Program-made: the position numbers and the translations under genes
Notes under the pieces: model-generated
What the model was told of the DNA's origin: nothing
Databases searched by the model: none
Seen by the model: only the letters and a program-made list of their open reading frames with translations
Part shown: positions 62,844 through 64,000 of the stretch, in pieces
Numbering within the stretch: position 1 is the first letter of the stretch
How the letters are laid out: each line of letters opens with the position of its first letter
IMG/VR virus record: IMGVR_UViG_3300015259_000001
Strand: one strand, 5' to 3'
DNA: 64,000 nucleotides
Source: a virus

Positions 62844-64000
62844 TACCCCTCCGCATGAGCCCAACTGATATCGCTCCATGCTGTTTCTACTTTAAACTGG
62901 TATCCACCGAACTCAGGGACAGGACGTTGTGCAACTGTTTTGAATACCATATCAAACCATTCAACGTGATCTTTTCGTACTCCGTAGGCTAGCGAATCGT
63001 GGACACTCGATAAGAAGCGAACTCTATCAGGACCCACCTTCTTGTCCATAAGTATAGCATCTATTGCGTTCGCTGTCCTAGTGGTTAAATCTCCCGCTGG
63101 TCCTTGGATTATACAGTTAACTGCTTCTCGTTCCGCCGCCTGTCTAGTCCCCATATCCGGATCATTAAGACCGGGGAACCGACGCTCTCTCCCAAATACA
63201 CTACGAAGAACACAGCCTTGGGATCTGGCTATATCAGGGGTTTCATCTAGGAATTGAGCTACTCTTGGGAATCGTTCTCGATAAGAATTAACCATGTCTT
63301 TCGCTCTCTCATATCCGATGACTAATTCTTTACCCGTAATAGGATCTTCATAGGTTACCTTGGCTAAGGCATGTCCTTGAGATCCGTAGATGATACCGAA
63401 ATTCATCTTCTTACCTACGTTAGTTCTATTCTTTTTGGATACCTTATCTGGAGTTATGTTTAGCATTGCCGCTGCAATCTCTCTATGCAAGTCGGCCCCG
63501 GGAGTATTTAAGATCTTAAGAATAGATTGCTCTTGAGTTAGTAGTCCGAATATATGAAGTTCGATCTGGCTGTAGTCGCCGAAATAATATACATATCCAT
63601 CGTCTTCTGTAAAGATATCACGAAGCTCAATATCGGTATAATCTGTTTCATCCCAGTCCGAATCCTTATTAGGAATCTGGTGTAATAATCGTGCGGATAA
63701 ACGACCATTAACCGTTCCTGAGAGATTGAAGGAATATCTGATCCTTCCATCGTCATCAATATCCTCCATGATTCGCTGGACGTAGGTGGTATGCACCTTT
63801 CTTGTTTTACGGTACTCCAATATATGAGGTATAACGGGATGTTTATCTTGTATGGGTACTAGTATATCTTTACTGGTAGAGTAACCCTTAGAGGCATCTT
63901 TCTTTAGTATTTCATTCCCTAATCCTAAACTCTGTAGAAGAGAAGCGACTTGATCTGTACTACCCGGGTTGAAGTCTGGAGTAGTATACTGACGGCAGTC
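62843..64000 (-). CDS. polA: Family A DNA polymerase, C-terminal part (continues beyond window)
   Basis: Frame stays open to 64000 (DCRQY...FNPGSTDQ); motif A DYSQIELH, motif B KKMNFGIIYG (Phe at the E. coli 762 position), motif C VHDS. Confidence 0.95.
   Translation of the reverse strand, partial: DCRQYTTPDFNPGSTDQVASLLQSLGLGNEILKKDASKGYSTSKDILVPIQDKHPVIPHILEYRKTRKVHTTYVQRIMEDIDDDGRIRYSFNLSGTVNGRLSARLLHQIPNKDSDWDETDYTDIELRDIFTEDDGYVYYFGDYSQIELHIFGLLTQEQSILKILNTPGADLHREIAAAMLNITPDKVSKKNRTNVGKKMNFGIIYGSQGHALAKVTYEDPITGKELVIGYERAKDMVNSYRERFPRVAQFLDETPDIARSQGCVLRSVFGRERRFPGLNDPDMGTRQAAEREAVNCIIQGPAGDLTTRTANAIDAILMDKKVGPDRVRFLSSVHDSLAYGVRKDHVEWFDMVFKTVAQRPVPEFGGYQFKVETAWSDISWAHAEG

Noticed and set aside
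663-63759. Many antisense or overlapping ORFs in the track (e.g. 663, 5375, 12774, 15948, 39070, 43680, 57612, 63042)
   Set aside because: They are shadows of well-supported genes on the other strand or frame, with no SD or motifs
1-64000. CRISPR array, DGR or retron
   Set aside because: No regularly spaced repeats, no reverse transcriptase and no TR/VR pair seen
1-64000. Stop-codon (TAG) reassignment
   Set aside because: Long conserved genes are intact in code 11, and TAG falls at natural C-termini (portal, RNR)
49220-64000. Inteins or introns in RNR, RecA or PolA
   Set aside because: Motifs are contiguous, with no C...HN insertions or frame breaks

Overview
The window is a 64-kb slice of a tailed dsDNA bacteriophage genome (standard genetic code, bacterial Shine-Dalgarno sites and extended -10 promoters). 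It has two oppositely oriented arms. The plus arm (2517-36401) is a podovirus-type morphogenesis region: portal, scaffold, major capsid protein, several families of small paralogous virion proteins, a tail fibre, a head-tail adaptor, three FN3/LamG tail proteins, a nozzle and three ejection-type proteins. It also carries an M15 endolysin, a sulfotransferase-like gene, a CDP-sugar epimerase, an EndoVII-type HNH, tRNA-Asn and a candidate structured ncRNA. No terminase, tail tube or tape measure is recognisable. The minus arm (1-2474 and 36398-64000) holds a tyrosine recombinase, a degenerate Dbr1-like phosphoesterase and a large glycosyltransferase/nucleotide-sugar cluster. It also holds nucleotide metabolism genes (thyX, class II RNR, IMPDH/GMPR, dNMP kinase, MazG), Dps, ClpP, a recombination suite (RecA, SbcCD, SSB, UvsY-like, resolvase), three SAM methyltransferases, a CAU tRNA and the 3' part of a family A DNA polymerase. 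The most striking signals are: a candidate phage glycan-building system split between both arms; a pseudoknot that sequesters the scaffold-gene SD; an orphan promoter-driven hairpin RNA; an initiator-like tRNA that starts inside the RNR stop codon and is read through as an ORF; a UGDH-HNH fusion; and apparently complete avoidance of CCWGG. Product calls come from motif recognition by eye. No database searches were run.
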